Below are positions 1-10,800 of a stretch of 64,000 nucleotides of DNA, piece after piece (positions within the stretch are counted from its first letter, which is position 1; each line of letters opens with the position of its first letter). The translations under genes were made by a program, and so were the position numbers. This DNA comes from an uncultured Chloracidobacterium sp. (GTDB lineage Bacteria > Acidobacteriota > Blastocatellia > Pyrinomonadales > Pyrinomonadaceae). The notes under the pieces are model-generated. The model was not told where the DNA came from, did not search any database, and was given only the letters and a program-made list of their open reading frames with translations. The stretch is taken from assembly GCA_964526245.1 (NCBI GenBank), contig CAZGLZ010000006.1:2215-66214 (forward strand), read 5' to 3'.

Positions 1-3000
1 TTGGTCAAGGAACGGTTGCTTCATCCGGATGCTCCAAATATCTTTCGCGGCTATTATCTTTACAGGCATCAACTCGAAGCTGTAAGACTTGGGACCAATA
101 GCCGAGACTTTGTGGTCACATCCGGAACAGGATCCGGAAAGTCGCTTACTTACATCGCTACCATTTTCGACTACCTTCTTCGGCAACCCGATTCCGAAGG
201 GGTAACAGCAATCATCGTTTATCCGATGAACGCGCTAATTAATTCCCAAACAATTGAGTTCAAGAACTACACGGACAATTATGAGTCTGCCACGAGAAAA
301 TCGTTCCCGATAACCTATGGTCAGTATACTGGCCAAGAACGTGAGGAGGCGAGGGAACGAATGCGAAGCAATCCGCCTCAGATTCTGCTCACGAACTACA
401 TGATGTTGGAACTGCTCTTGACGCGCACCCAAGAGCGACCAATCCGAAACGCGATTTTTAAGAATCTAAGATTTTTGTGCTTTGATGAGCTGCATACATA
501 CAGAGGGCGTCAAGGATCGGACGTTTCGATGCTGATCCGACGAATACAGTCGCAGTGTAATAATCCTGTCACATGTATCGGCACATCAGCGACGATGGTT
601 TCTATCGAAAGCGAAAGCTCACAGAAGGAACAAGTTGCCGCTGTGGCATCAACTATTTTTGGAAGGACCTTTATTGCAGAGCAGGTGGTGAACGAAACAC
701 TTGCCCGCTCTTTAGCTGACGGTTCAGAAAAATTGAACTATGAGGATTTAGCAGCCTCGGTTAGTAGTGGGATTAACGCTGATGGCAGTGAAGAGTTGCT
801 TCGTAGCCATCCATTGGCCATTTGGCTTGAGGAAAGCGTCGCGCTTGTTGAAAGAGATTCTATACTAGTTCGACGCACGCCGATGACCGTAAGCGAAATA
901 GTCGATTTGCTCGTAAAGGTTACTTCGGTGTCGGAGATCCAGTGCCGAAAAGCACTAATGGACATGTTGGTTTGGATAAGTCGAATCAACCAGACGATAC
1001 AGAATTCTGGGTCGAGGTATACGATACTTCCATTTAAGCTTCACCAGTTTTTCGCGCAGACCGGTTCGGTTTATACGACGCTCGACTCCGATCGGGAGCA
1101 ACGCTTCATAACACTTGAGCCCGGATTGTACAAGGCAGATGAGCATCCAAGAAAACCAATCTACCCAAATGTTTTCAGCCGTGAATCCGGCCATCCTTTT
1201 ATTTGCGTTACGCGTGCTGGCGACCGTCTAGTGCCGCGGGAGTTTCGGATTAGTGCGGAGGATGAATCCGGTTCAGACGACGGATATATCATTGTCGGCG
1301 ATGACGTTTGGGATCCAGCGACAGATCTCGACTTCCTGCCCGACGCTTGGGTGCGAGTTCGTCAGACTGGGCGTGTTCCGGATACGAAGAAGGCACCATT
1401 TTTTCCCAAGAAGATATATTTTGACGAGTTCGGTAATTGCTCAGAATCAGATGAAACGCTGGGAAACTGGGGGTGGTTTATGAAAGCTCCGCTCCTGTTT
1501 GATCCAACAGCCGGAGTATTCTTCGATACGAGAACGAATGAAGGGACCAAACTTACAAAGCTCGGGAGCGAAGGTAGAAGTACCTCAACGACGATCACCG
1601 CGTTTTCGATTTTAAATCGTCTTAGTGACTCTGGTTACTCGCCTCGCGACCAAAAGCTCTTGAGTTTTACTGATAATAGACAGGACGCCGCACTTCAGTC
1701 AGGTCACTTTAACGACTTTGTTCAAGTAATTCGTTTGCGTTCGGCTATCTTTCACGCTCTCAAGCAGGTTCATGGTAATTCACTCGACTACTCGAATATC
1801 GGTCGGGCGATATTCGAGGCCCTGAAACTTGATTTCAGTGAATATGCCAATGCAATAGAAAGTCCGTTCCCGCACGTCCGGGCGAATATCGACGAGGTTT
1901 TCCAGAACTTTCTGTTTTACCGAGCACTCGCTGATCTTCGGCGTAGCTGGCGGATTGTACTTCCGAGTTTAGAACAGTGTGGATTGCTTTCGGTTGGTTA
2001 CAAGCATCTAGACGATGTAGCCGAAAACCATTCTGCCTGGTCTGATGTTCCGCTGGTTAGAAACCTGGACCCACGCCGACGAAAGGAGTTTCTGACCTTG
2101 ATCTTAGACTTTTTCCGATTTGAGCAGGCAATACACAGCGAATCTCTCCTTAACCGCGACCGACTTGGCGAGTTCGAGAAGCGATTTCGCGAACAATTGA
2201 AGTTGCCGTGGTCACTCGATGAGAGGGAAAGACTAATGGAACCGGCAGTAATTCGAATCGAGACTCTAAATCGAAGTAGACATTTTTATTCAAAGAGCAT
2301 TGGGCCAACTAGTTCGGTTGGGAAGTTCGTAAAGCATTACGCAAAGATGCACCCAGACCTAGACTCAAACGAAGTCCAGGGTGACGCTTACCGTAATTTC
2401 ATCGAGGCAGTTCTTGGAAAACTAGAAGCCGCCGACTATCTAATCCGAGAAACGGTCAGGAATACGGCAGATCAGCCGACTCCGGTATTCAGGCTAAAAC
2501 TAAGCCAGATTGAGTGGCGGCTCGGTGATGGGGAAACTGTGCGAGCGGATGTTGTAAAACGGAGATCTTATAAGGGTAGTGCCCCTAAACCGAACGCGTT
2601 CTTTCGAGAACTTTACGAAAGAGACTTCTCTTCTACTAAGCGTTTTGTAGCAGCAGAGCATACGGGGCAATTGGGAGTCGAACAACGTCGTGATCGCGAG
2701 GAACGGTTTCGGGCTGATTGGGACGATGAGAACAAAATCCTTCATGATTCGATAAGCGCATTATTTTGTTCGCCTACGATGGAGCTCGGGGTGGACATCG
2801 GTGGGCTTAGCGTAGTTCACCTTCGCAATGCCCCGCCGAATCCAGCGAACTATGCCCAGAGATCTGGGCGTGCAGGACGAAACGGGCAAGGGGCTCTAAT
2901 CTTCACGTATTGCTCGAGTTACTCTCCGCATGATCGACATTATTTTCTGGCTCAGCCCCAGCTCGTTGCTGGAATTGTCCGGGCGCCTCGCATCGATCTG

Positions 3001-4968
3001 ACCAATAGGGAACTGCTATTAACCCATTTGCATGCATTGGCAATTTCAGAGATCGGACTTCCGGGACTCGACGTAGTTCCGGGCCATGCACCGTCTCTCA
3101 TGTCTTTGATCGATCCGAACATTAAACATCTCCCGCTTTCTCAAGCGGTTCGGGCCGGACTGAATATAGGTCCCGAGACAAAGAATCGATTACGATTGAT
3201 TTTTGAACGATCTATTAATGGCATATTGAATCAGTTGGCGAGGCAGGATTGGTACGATGATGCGTGGATTGATCGTAACCTTGAAAACCTCGCAGATAAG
3301 CTTGACGAGAGTCTTGATCGATGGCGGGATCTCTACACATCCGCGAAAGAGTTGCTGAGCCGGGCGACACAACAGATCGAGACCGGGTTGCTTGTGGTCG
3401 GTTCTGACGATTACAAGAAGTACAAGAGATTGCAGGATCAAGCGAATCGACAGTTGAATCTACTAAGAAATGACCAGCAAGGATTCGGGGACTTGTCAGA
3501 ATTCTATCCTTTCCGGTATCTGGCTGCGGAGGGGTTTTTGCCTGGATACAATTTCACGCGACTACCGATGCGCGTGTTCGTTCCAAGCGGAACGTCGGGC
3601 GGAGAGTTCATTTCCCGCCCACGGAATCTCGCACTTCGCGAGTTTGGGCCGCTCAATGTGCTCTACCACAGTGGTAGCAAATACAAGATTGCACAGATGG
3701 TTGTCCAAGACGCCGAAGCGAAACTCGAAGAGGCAGTGGTAAGTAAGAAGTCCGGCTATTTTCTCACGAAGAATGAGTTGGCACTTGAGATTTGTCCGTT
3801 TTCAAACGAAAGTCTGCATGACAATGCAAACAAAATCCATTTTCACGATCTCCTGCCGTTGACGGAGTCACGAGCGGAGTCAATTGATCGAATCTCATGC
3901 GAAGAGGAAGAACGCGTTTCAAGGGGTTTTGAGATCAAGACTTACTTTTCAGTTGACGGTGGAGATATGTCCCGCGTAAGAAAGGCCCGGGTCCTATCGT
4001 CTGAAACACTTTTGTTAAACCTGCGTTACATTCCGTCTGCGCGTCTTCATCACTTGAACACAAAATGGCGTTCACAAAAGGCCGATGGATTTCCGATCGG
4101 CCTAATGTCGGGAGATTGGAGCAGTTCGGTCCCGGATCCGGATGAGGCCAGGAAAGAAGAATTTAGGCTCGTGCGACTTCATACTTCCAATGTCGCTGAC
4201 GCTCTCTACATCGAGCCTATCGCGGGTCTTGGCTTAAAAACGGACGGGGTAATCACACTGCAGTACGCGATCAAGCGTGCCATTGAGGAGGTCTTCCAAG
4301 TGGAGCCGAATGAGATCGGCGTAATGGCCGTTGGCGATTCCGATTCTCCGAATATTCTTCTTTTTGAAGCCGCCGAAGCCAATCTGGGTGTTTTGTCACA
4401 ATTTGTCGAAAGCCCACTCGTTTTCAGTCGAGTAGTTCAGGCCGCCGAGGGAATCTGCAGATTCGATGATGAAGGGTATCTTGCTCCGGCTTCGTACAAT
4501 GATCTTCTTAGCTATTACAACCAACGAGATCACTCCGTAATCGATCGCTTCTTGATCAAAGACGCGATCCAAAAGCTGAAAATAGCAAGGCTTGAAATTC
4601 AAGCCAACTCGCACTTCGGAAGTTATGACGAGCACTATGAATACATGATGGCGAATCTAGATCAGAGTTCTTCGACGGAGCGGAAGTTTATCGAATTCCT
4701 TTACAAATCGGGTCTCCGACTGCCAGACTTCGCCCAAAAACAAGTTGATGGAATTTATTGTCAGCCCGATTTCCATTATAACGCCGCCCCCCCTGTTTGG
4801 ATCTTCTGTGACGGAACTCCGCACGACGACCCTGAAATCCGGAAACGCGATCACGAACAGCGCCAACTCATCATTGGACGAGGTGAGCAGGTATGGTTTT
4901 GGCACTATAAAGAAGACTTAGCTGAAAAGGTGGCTCAACGCCCTGACATTTTTTCAAAGATCCGATGA
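1..4968 (+). CDS. DrmA-like SF2 DEAD/DEAH helicase with DUF1998-like segment and C-terminal Vsr/DUF559-like endonuclease domain; ORF is open to the window edge, so the 5' end may be missing
   Basis: Walker A TSGTGSGKS (nt ~118-144), motif II FDELH (nt 481-495), helicase-C SPTMELGVDIG...QRSGRAGR (nt ~2770-2880), DUF1998-like SCEEEERVSRGFEI (nt ~3895-3940), C-terminal QPDFHY...WIFCDGTPHDD...RKRD (nt ~4762-4860). ATGA overlap with the next gene. Confidence 0.8.
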   Translation: MVKERLLHPDAPNIFRGYYLYRHQLEAVRLGTNSRDFVVTSGTGSGKSLTYIATIFDYLLRQPDSEGVTAIIVYPMNALINSQTIEFKNYTDNYESATRKSFPITYGQYTGQEREEARERMRSNPPQILLTNYMMLELLLTRTQERPIRNAIFKNLRFLCFDELHTYRGRQGSDVSMLIRRIQSQCNNPVTCIGTSATMVSIESESSQKEQVAAVASTIFGRTFIAEQVVNETLARSLADGSEKLNYEDLAASVSSGINADGSEELLRSHPLAIWLEESVALVERDSILVRRTPMTVSEIVDLLVKVTSVSEIQCRKALMDMLVWISRINQTIQNSGSRYTILPFKLHQFFAQTGSVYTTLDSDREQRFITLEPGLYKADEHPRKPIYPNVFSRESGHPFICVTRAGDRLVPREFRISAEDESGSDDGYIIVGDDVWDPATDLDFLPDAWVRVRQTGRVPDTKKAPFFPKKIYFDEFGNCSESDETLGNWGWFMKAPLLFDPTAGVFFDTRTNEGTKLTKLGSEGRSTSTTITAFSILNRLSDSGYSPRDQKLLSFTDNRQDAALQSGHFNDFVQVIRLRSAIFHALKQVHGNSLDYSNIGRAIFEALKLDFSEYANAIESPFPHVRANIDEVFQNFLFYRALADLRRSWRIVLPSLEQCGLLSVGYKHLDDVAENHSAWSDVPLVRNLDPRRRKEFLTLILDFFRFEQAIHSESLLNRDRLGEFEKRFREQLKLPWSLDERERLMEPAVIRIETLNRSRHFYSKSIGPTSSVGKFVKHYAKMHPDLDSNEVQGDAYRNFIEAVLGKLEAADYLIRETVRNTADQPTPVFRLKLSQIEWRLGDGETVRADVVKRRSYKGSAPKPNAFFRELYERDFSSTKRFVAAEHTGQLGVEQRRDREERFRADWDDENKILHDSISALFCSPTMELGVDIGGLSVVHLRNAPPNPANYAQRSGRAGRNGQGALIFTYCSSYSPHDRHYFLAQPQLVAGIVRAPRIDLTNRELLLTHLHALAISEIGLPGLDVVPGHAPSLMSLIDPNIKHLPLSQAVRAGLNIGPETKNRLRLIFERSINGILNQLARQDWYDDAWIDRNLENLADKLDESLDRWRDLYTSAKELLSRATQQIETGLLVVGSDDYKKYKRLQDQANRQLNLLRNDQQGFGDLSEFYPFRYLAAEGFLPGYNFTRLPMRVFVPSGTSGGEFISRPRNLALREFGPLNVLYHSGSKYKIAQMVVQDAEAKLEEAVVSKKSGYFLTKNELALEICPFSNESLHDNANKIHFHDLLPLTESRAESIDRISCEEEERVSRGFEIKTYFSVDGGDMSRVRKARVLSSETLLLNLRYIPSARLHHLNTKWRSQKADGFPIGLMSGDWSSSVPDPDEARKEEFRLVRLHTSNVADALYIEPIAGLGLKTDGVITLQYAIKRAIEEVFQVEPNEIGVMAVGDSDSPNILLFEAAEANLGVLSQFVESPLVFSRVVQAAEGICRFDDEGYLAPASYNDLLSYYNQRDHSVIDRFLIKDAIQKLKIARLEIQANSHFGSYDEHYEYMMANLDQSSSTERKFIEFLYKSGLRLPDFAQKQVDGIYCQPDFHYNAAPPVWIFCDGTPHDDPEIRKRDHEQRQLIIGRGEQVWFWHYKEDLAEKVAQRPDIFSKIR

Positions 4969-7823
4969 TGCCGGCATCTCTCATTCAACCTGGAAAACTG
5001 ATAAACCTTCGCGGCCGCGACTGGGTCGTCATGCCGTCGGATGACCCTGAAAAGCTCCTTATTGTTAAGCCCCTTGGTGGCTCGGATGATGAGACAACGG
5101 GGGTGTACCTTCCGTTAGATGTTGACCATGATCGGCCTATCGATGCGAGATTTGACCCACCGTCGATTGCTGACATAGGAAGTATCGCTACGGCGAAACT
5201 CCTATACGATTCCGCCAGGCTTGCGTTTCGTAATGGTGCGGGTCCGTTCCGGTCTCTAGCAAAGCTTTCTTTCCGTCCACGTGCCTATCAGATAGTGCCG
5301 TTGATAATGGCCCTGCGGCAAGATAATGTTCGGCTTCTGATCGCCGATGACGTCGGCGTCGGTAAGACGGTTGAAGCTTTACTGATTGTCCGTGAACTTC
5401 TCGAACGAAGGAAGATCAAGCGATTTGCAGTTGTGTGCCTTCCACATCTTTGCGAACAATGGCAGTCTGAGATCCGCTCAAAACTTGACATCGAAGCGGT
5501 GATCATTAGGTCGAATACTCAGGCTCGATTAGATCGGCAAATTCAAGGTGATACAAGTGTTTATGACTACTATCCCTACCAGATCATTAGCATCGACTTC
5601 ATCAAGGCCGAAAATCGTAAGGATCTCTTCGTGGAGCAATGTCCGGGTTTAGTTGTCGTCGACGAGGCGCATACATGTGCTCGACCGTCCGGTGCTTCCG
5701 ATTCCCAACAGCAGCGTTTCGCGTTGTTGAGTCGCATTGCCAGGAAAGAGCGTCAGCATCTGGTATTGCTGACTGCGACCCCACACAGCGGTAAAGATGA
5801 CGAGTTTCGTTCGTTGCTCGGGCTTCTCGATCCGAAGTTTGAGGAACTGGATCTTCCGAGTTCGTCACAGCCTGAACGCCGAAGTCTTGCTAAACACTTC
5901 ATCCAGCGCAAGCGTGCCCATGTAGCAACCTATGTTGGTGAAGATACTCCTTTTCCCGAACGTGAGGCTTTCGAGTTGGCCTACGATCTAACGACACAGT
6001 ACGCCCACTTTTTTGACGAAATACTTGATTTCGCCCGAAAGATGGTTTCTGGCACTGCCGAAGGAAGAACAAAGCGGGTTCACTACTGGACCGCGCTTGC
6101 ACTTCTACGAGGCGTGATGTCTAGTCCCGCGGCTGGGGTAAAAATGCTGAACACGCGACTGGCTAATCTCGGCGAGGGTAGTGATTCGCCCGAGTCCGTG
6201 GTAGTCGAAGCTGGAAACCCCGTAGCCGATGTAGATTTTGGGTTTGACCCTGACGTTGAGCCAACTTCCGTAATTGAGAGCAGCATTTGGTCGGAGCCAC
6301 AACGCCGGGGGCTCAAGCGATTGGCCGATTCGCTTGATGGCCTGACCGGGCCTGAGCGGGATGGGAAGCTGAAAACGGCGGCCAAAACACTGAAAGGCTG
6401 GATCAACGAAGGATTTAACCCCGTCGTCTTTTGTCGTTACATTGAAACCGCAAAATACGTTGGCGAGCATCTTCGGGGCTTATTGCCAAATAACATTGAT
6501 GTTCAGACCGTAACGAGTGAGGATCCCGATGACGTGCGCAAGCAGCGAATAGCCGATATGGAGGGTTCCGGCCGGAGATTGCTCGTCGCTACCGATTGTT
6601 TGAGCGAAGGCATAAACCTGCAGGATCTTTTTACCGCAGTGATGCACTACGATCTGCCGTGGAATCCCAACCGGCTTGAGCAGCGTGAAGGTCGCGTGGA
6701 TCGTTTCGGTCAGCAGGCCCCGACTGTCAAGGCATGCCTGCTTTATGGGGCGGACAACCCTATCGATGCCGTCGTGCTTGAGGTGCTTTTGAGGAAAGTG
6801 CGGGAAATTAAGAAGGCGACCGGGTTCAACGTGCCGTTTCCCGAAGACTCACAAGGCATCCTCGACACAATCACCCAAGCTCTCCTGCTAAATCCGGATC
6901 GCAAGGTAAAGCGTAGCGTTGATCAGCTCACATTCGATTTCGGCGAGCTCCCCGAGGCCGAGGCGGAAAAGCAGAAGATTACGCACAAGATCGATCAGGC
7001 GGCGGAACGCGAAAAGGTTTCTCGTGCGATCTTTGCACAGCACGCAATTCATGCCGAGGAAATCGAGCAAGACTTGAAAGCCGTCGATGAAGCCATCGGC
7101 GATCCATCCGCGGTTCGGGACTTCGTTACTTCAACCCTGAACAATGTTTTCGGAGTCCAGATCATCGAAGAACGAGAAGGCTACGGCATTGTAACCGGGA
7201 ATCTTCCGGGACAGTTGCGAGACCTGTTGCCTGAGCCTCACCGAAGCAATGAGATTGCCAAGGTCAGCTTCGAGTCGCCGACTCCGGAATGGTATCACTA
7301 TCTCGGCCGCAATAATCGGTTCGTCGAACAACTATGTCAGATGTTGATGGCCAATACGCTCGCTCGGTACGAAAGGCGTGCCGCACGGGCTGCCGTAATC
7401 AAGACCACGCATGTTGAGACAAAAACAACGCTCCTCCTTTTCCGCTGTCGCAATGTGATTGAGGAAGGAAAAGGCGGCGGTCAGATCGTTGCTGAGGAGA
7501 TGCTGCTTTGGGGCTGGCGAGGCACACCAGATGCGAAAGAGTTTCTCGAACACGCCGAAGCAAAGGACCTTCTCACAAGCGCAAGAGCATCGAGCGATAT
7601 GTCTCCACAAGCTCGCGAGAGCTTTCTGGCGAACGAACTTGGTTTGCTTGATGCACTCGAAGACGATTTTGCTGTTATCGCCGAGGGCCAGTCGAAAAAG
7701 TTGGTTGAGGCACACGAACGTTTCAGTTCCCTGATGGACAGATCGAAGTTTCAGGTCGTTTATCCCGTGCTCCCGATGGATCTTCTCGGCATCTATGTTC
7801 TACTTCCGGAGGGTCCGAGATGA
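4965..7823 (+). CDS. SNF2-family helicase (DrmD-like)
   Basis: LLIADDVGVGKT (nt ~5332-5367), VVVDEAH (nt ~5652-5672), LLTATPHSG, helicase-C LLVATDCLSEGINLQ and NPNRLEQREGRVDRFGQ (nt ~6580-6714). ATGA overlaps at both ends. Confidence 0.85.
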   Translation: MMPASLIQPGKLINLRGRDWVVMPSDDPEKLLIVKPLGGSDDETTGVYLPLDVDHDRPIDARFDPPSIADIGSIATAKLLYDSARLAFRNGAGPFRSLAKLSFRPRAYQIVPLIMALRQDNVRLLIADDVGVGKTVEALLIVRELLERRKIKRFAVVCLPHLCEQWQSEIRSKLDIEAVIIRSNTQARLDRQIQGDTSVYDYYPYQIISIDFIKAENRKDLFVEQCPGLVVVDEAHTCARPSGASDSQQQRFALLSRIARKERQHLVLLTATPHSGKDDEFRSLLGLLDPKFEELDLPSSSQPERRSLAKHFIQRKRAHVATYVGEDTPFPEREAFELAYDLTTQYAHFFDEILDFARKMVSGTAEGRTKRVHYWTALALLRGVMSSPAAGVKMLNTRLANLGEGSDSPESVVVEAGNPVADVDFGFDPDVEPTSVIESSIWSEPQRRGLKRLADSLDGLTGPERDGKLKTAAKTLKGWINEGFNPVVFCRYIETAKYVGEHLRGLLPNNIDVQTVTSEDPDDVRKQRIADMEGSGRRLLVATDCLSEGINLQDLFTAVMHYDLPWNPNRLEQREGRVDRFGQQAPTVKACLLYGADNPIDAVVLEVLLRKVREIKKATGFNVPFPEDSQGILDTITQALLLNPDRKVKRSVDQLTFDFGELPEAEAEKQKITHKIDQAAEREKVSRAIFAQHAIHAEEIEQDLKAVDEAIGDPSAVRDFVTSTLNNVFGVQIIEEREGYGIVTGNLPGQLRDLLPEPHRSNEIAKVSFESPTPEWYHYLGRNNRFVEQLCQMLMANTLARYERRAARAAVIKTTHVETKTTLLLFRCRNVIEEGKGGGQIVAEEMLLWGWRGTPDAKEFLEHAEAKDLLTSARASSDMSPQARESFLANELGLLDALEDDFAVIAEGQSKKLVEAHERFSSLMDRSKFQVVYPVLPMDLLGIYVLLPEGPR

Positions 7824-10800
7824 ACTACCCGAGCATCCGGATAGAAGGTGCGATCCTTTCGCCCGATATACTTGAGCATCTTGTCGATGGTGCGAAAGGC
7901 CAGGGGCCAAAGGACTTCGGCTTTGAGTCGGGCACGAAGGTAAAAGATGAGATCGCTCGTGCATGGGCAGATGCTCAGGACTATTGGCGGATCTTCCAGC
8001 GGAAGCTCGCAACGGTAAAGGAAGGCACAGCCGCTACCACCGAAACGCGCCAGAACTGGATAATCCCGCTCCTTGGCCTTCTCAAGTATGAGGTCGAGTT
8101 TCAAAAAGCTGGTACTGAAATCCATGGCAGGAACTACGCGATTTCACATCGCATAACCAATCGCGCCAACACGCCGCTTCATATTGTCGGATACAACGAC
8201 CAGGCCGGGCTTGACCGAAAGTCGGCAGCGTCACGAATGTCCGCCCATGCCCTTGTCCAGCAATATCTTAATCTCTCCGATGAGCTTTACGGAATCGTCA
8301 CTAACGGGCGGGTAGTTCGCCTTCTCCGTGACAGTTCCCGACTGGTAAAACAGAGCTACCTTGAGTTCGACCTCGATCGTATCTTTACTGATGGCCTCTT
8401 CGCCGATTTCGCGATTCTATTTCGGCTGTTGCACGCCACGCGTTTGCCCTTAAAGGCAGAGGAAGCTGCCGAAAGCCTGATCGAAAAATACCACCAGGAT
8501 TCGCTCGATTCAGGCGCAAGAATTCGCGATGGACTTTCCGAGGCGGTTAAGGAAGCAATTCTGAATTTCGCCAATGGCTTTCTTTCCAATCCGGCAAACA
8601 CTCGGCTTTGCGAAGCGATCGAGGTGGGAATACTTACTCCCGATGATTACTATCGCAACCTTCTTCGCCTGATCTACCGGCTGCTCTTTCTGATGGTTAT
8701 AGAGGAGAGAGACCTGGTTTTTCCGTCGGATTCCGAAAACAGAGAAAGACTTCAGCACTTCCGAAGGATCTACCGAGACTATTACAGCGTTGGGAGACTC
8801 AGGCAGCTTGCCGAAAAGCGCTATCTCGCTGACAAGCGGCATCACGACCTATGGATGGCACTGGTATCCACCTTCAAGCTTTTCGAGGCAGATGGTCCCG
8901 GTGAGAAGCTAGGCATTAAGCCGCTTGCCGGCGATCTGTTTGGCCCGAGGGCGATCGAGGAGATCTTCGACGCTCGGCTCGGGAACGACGTACTTCTCGG
9001 CTGCCTGCGATCGCTCGGTTTATACGAGCACCCGGACACACGGCAGATGATCCGCGTAAATTACGGTGCTCTCAATGTTGAAGAATTCGGTTCCGTTTAC
9101 GAAGGTCTTCTCGAATACGAACCGGTGTTTGATCTATCCGGTTCAACTCCTCGCTTCGGCTTTGTCGAAGGCGACGAGCGTTCCCGTACCGGATCTCACT
9201 ACACACCTGACGAACTCGTCCAGCCCCTGATCAAGCACTCACTCGATTACCTGATCGAAGATTGTGTCCGTAGCCCGCACGTAAGTAAGGGCTCCTCCGA
9301 CAGCTCCCCTCCTTACGAAAGAGGGGTGGACGCCGAAGGCGGACGGGGTGGTTCTCCCACTACCGCAGAGCAACGCCTCCTAGATCTTCGCGTAGCAGAC
9401 ATAGCCTGCGGTTCCGGTCATATCTTGCTCGCCGCCGCGAGAAGAATTGCGACCGAGCTTGCCACCGTCCGCACCGGCGAAGAGCAGCCCTCGCCGACAG
9501 CTTACCGACAGGCACTCCGCGATGTTATCCGCAATTGCATTTACGGCGTTGACGTAAATCCCCTGGCAGTTGAGCTGTGTAAGGTCGCTCTTTGGCTTGA
9601 GGCTCACAATCCGGGCGAGCCGCTGAACTTTCTCGATCACCACATCAAATGCGGCAACGCGATCGTCGGTTTTGTCAGCAAGGAAGAAGTAGACCGTGGC
9701 GTTCCAGAAGAGGCGTTCGCCCGGATGCCGGACGACCACGCAGACTTTATCAAGGTGGTCAGAAAAAAGAACAAGGACGAGCGAAGAGAGCGGCAGCGTG
9801 TCTTGAACTTCACCGACGAGCGTCGCGGCGAAATCGCAAATGTGCTTGAGCGTTGGCGCGTGATTACAGCGATGCCGGAACGCTCGCCCGCTGAAATCGA
9901 TGTCAAGAAGGCGGCTTTCGAAAACTTCTCAACACAGGGTGCGGCTTATGAACTGGAAAAGCTCGCATCGGTGCCGGTAGCACAGTTTTTTATTCCGAAG
10001 GTGCCGGAGAATAGTTCTAAGCTGATGACCGACGCTGAGTTTCGCGACTACTGGTCCGGCGAGCGTAGACCGCAAAGCCAGTCTTTCGCGGCGGCCGAAG
10101 CCGTTGCGAGTGAGAAACGATTCTTTCATTGGTTTCTCGAGTTTCCTGGCGTGATGGAACGCGGCGGCTTCGATTGTATTCTTGGGAATCCGCCCTATCT
10201 TGGAAGCCAGGCATTGAGCGGCAATTTCGGCTATCCTTTCTGTCATTTTCTTAAATATGAATACGCACCGGCAGGTTTAAGCGACCTGATAGTTTATTTC
10301 CTCAGGCGTATATTTTGCCTTCTGCGCCCAAGCGGCTTCACTGCGTTCATCACGACAAATTCCATCAAAGATGGGGATAACAGACGCGACGGCCTGGATC
10401 AAGTCTTATCGACGGGCGGAACGATCAATATGGCGGTGCGTGCGATACGTTGGCCTGGTCGGGCAAATGTTGTTGTTTCGCAGTTGGCTATACACAAGGG
10501 GGACTGGATCGGTCCTCGACTACTCGACAACCGAGAAGTAGAAACAATTAATGCGTATTTTGAGGATAATCTACCGGAACCGGATCCAGTACCTTTGCAC
10601 CCCAACAAGAATAGAGTCTTTCAAGGGGTTATTTTCCTGGGCGAGGGATTCTTACTTTCCACCGAGGACGCAGATGCCTTGTTGAGATTAGATCCGAGAA
10701 ATCACGAGGTGATTTACCCGGTCATCAACAACAAAGAAATGAACGGTTCACCGGACCAAAGTTCGACTCGAAAAATTATAAACTTCCATAATTGGCCAAT

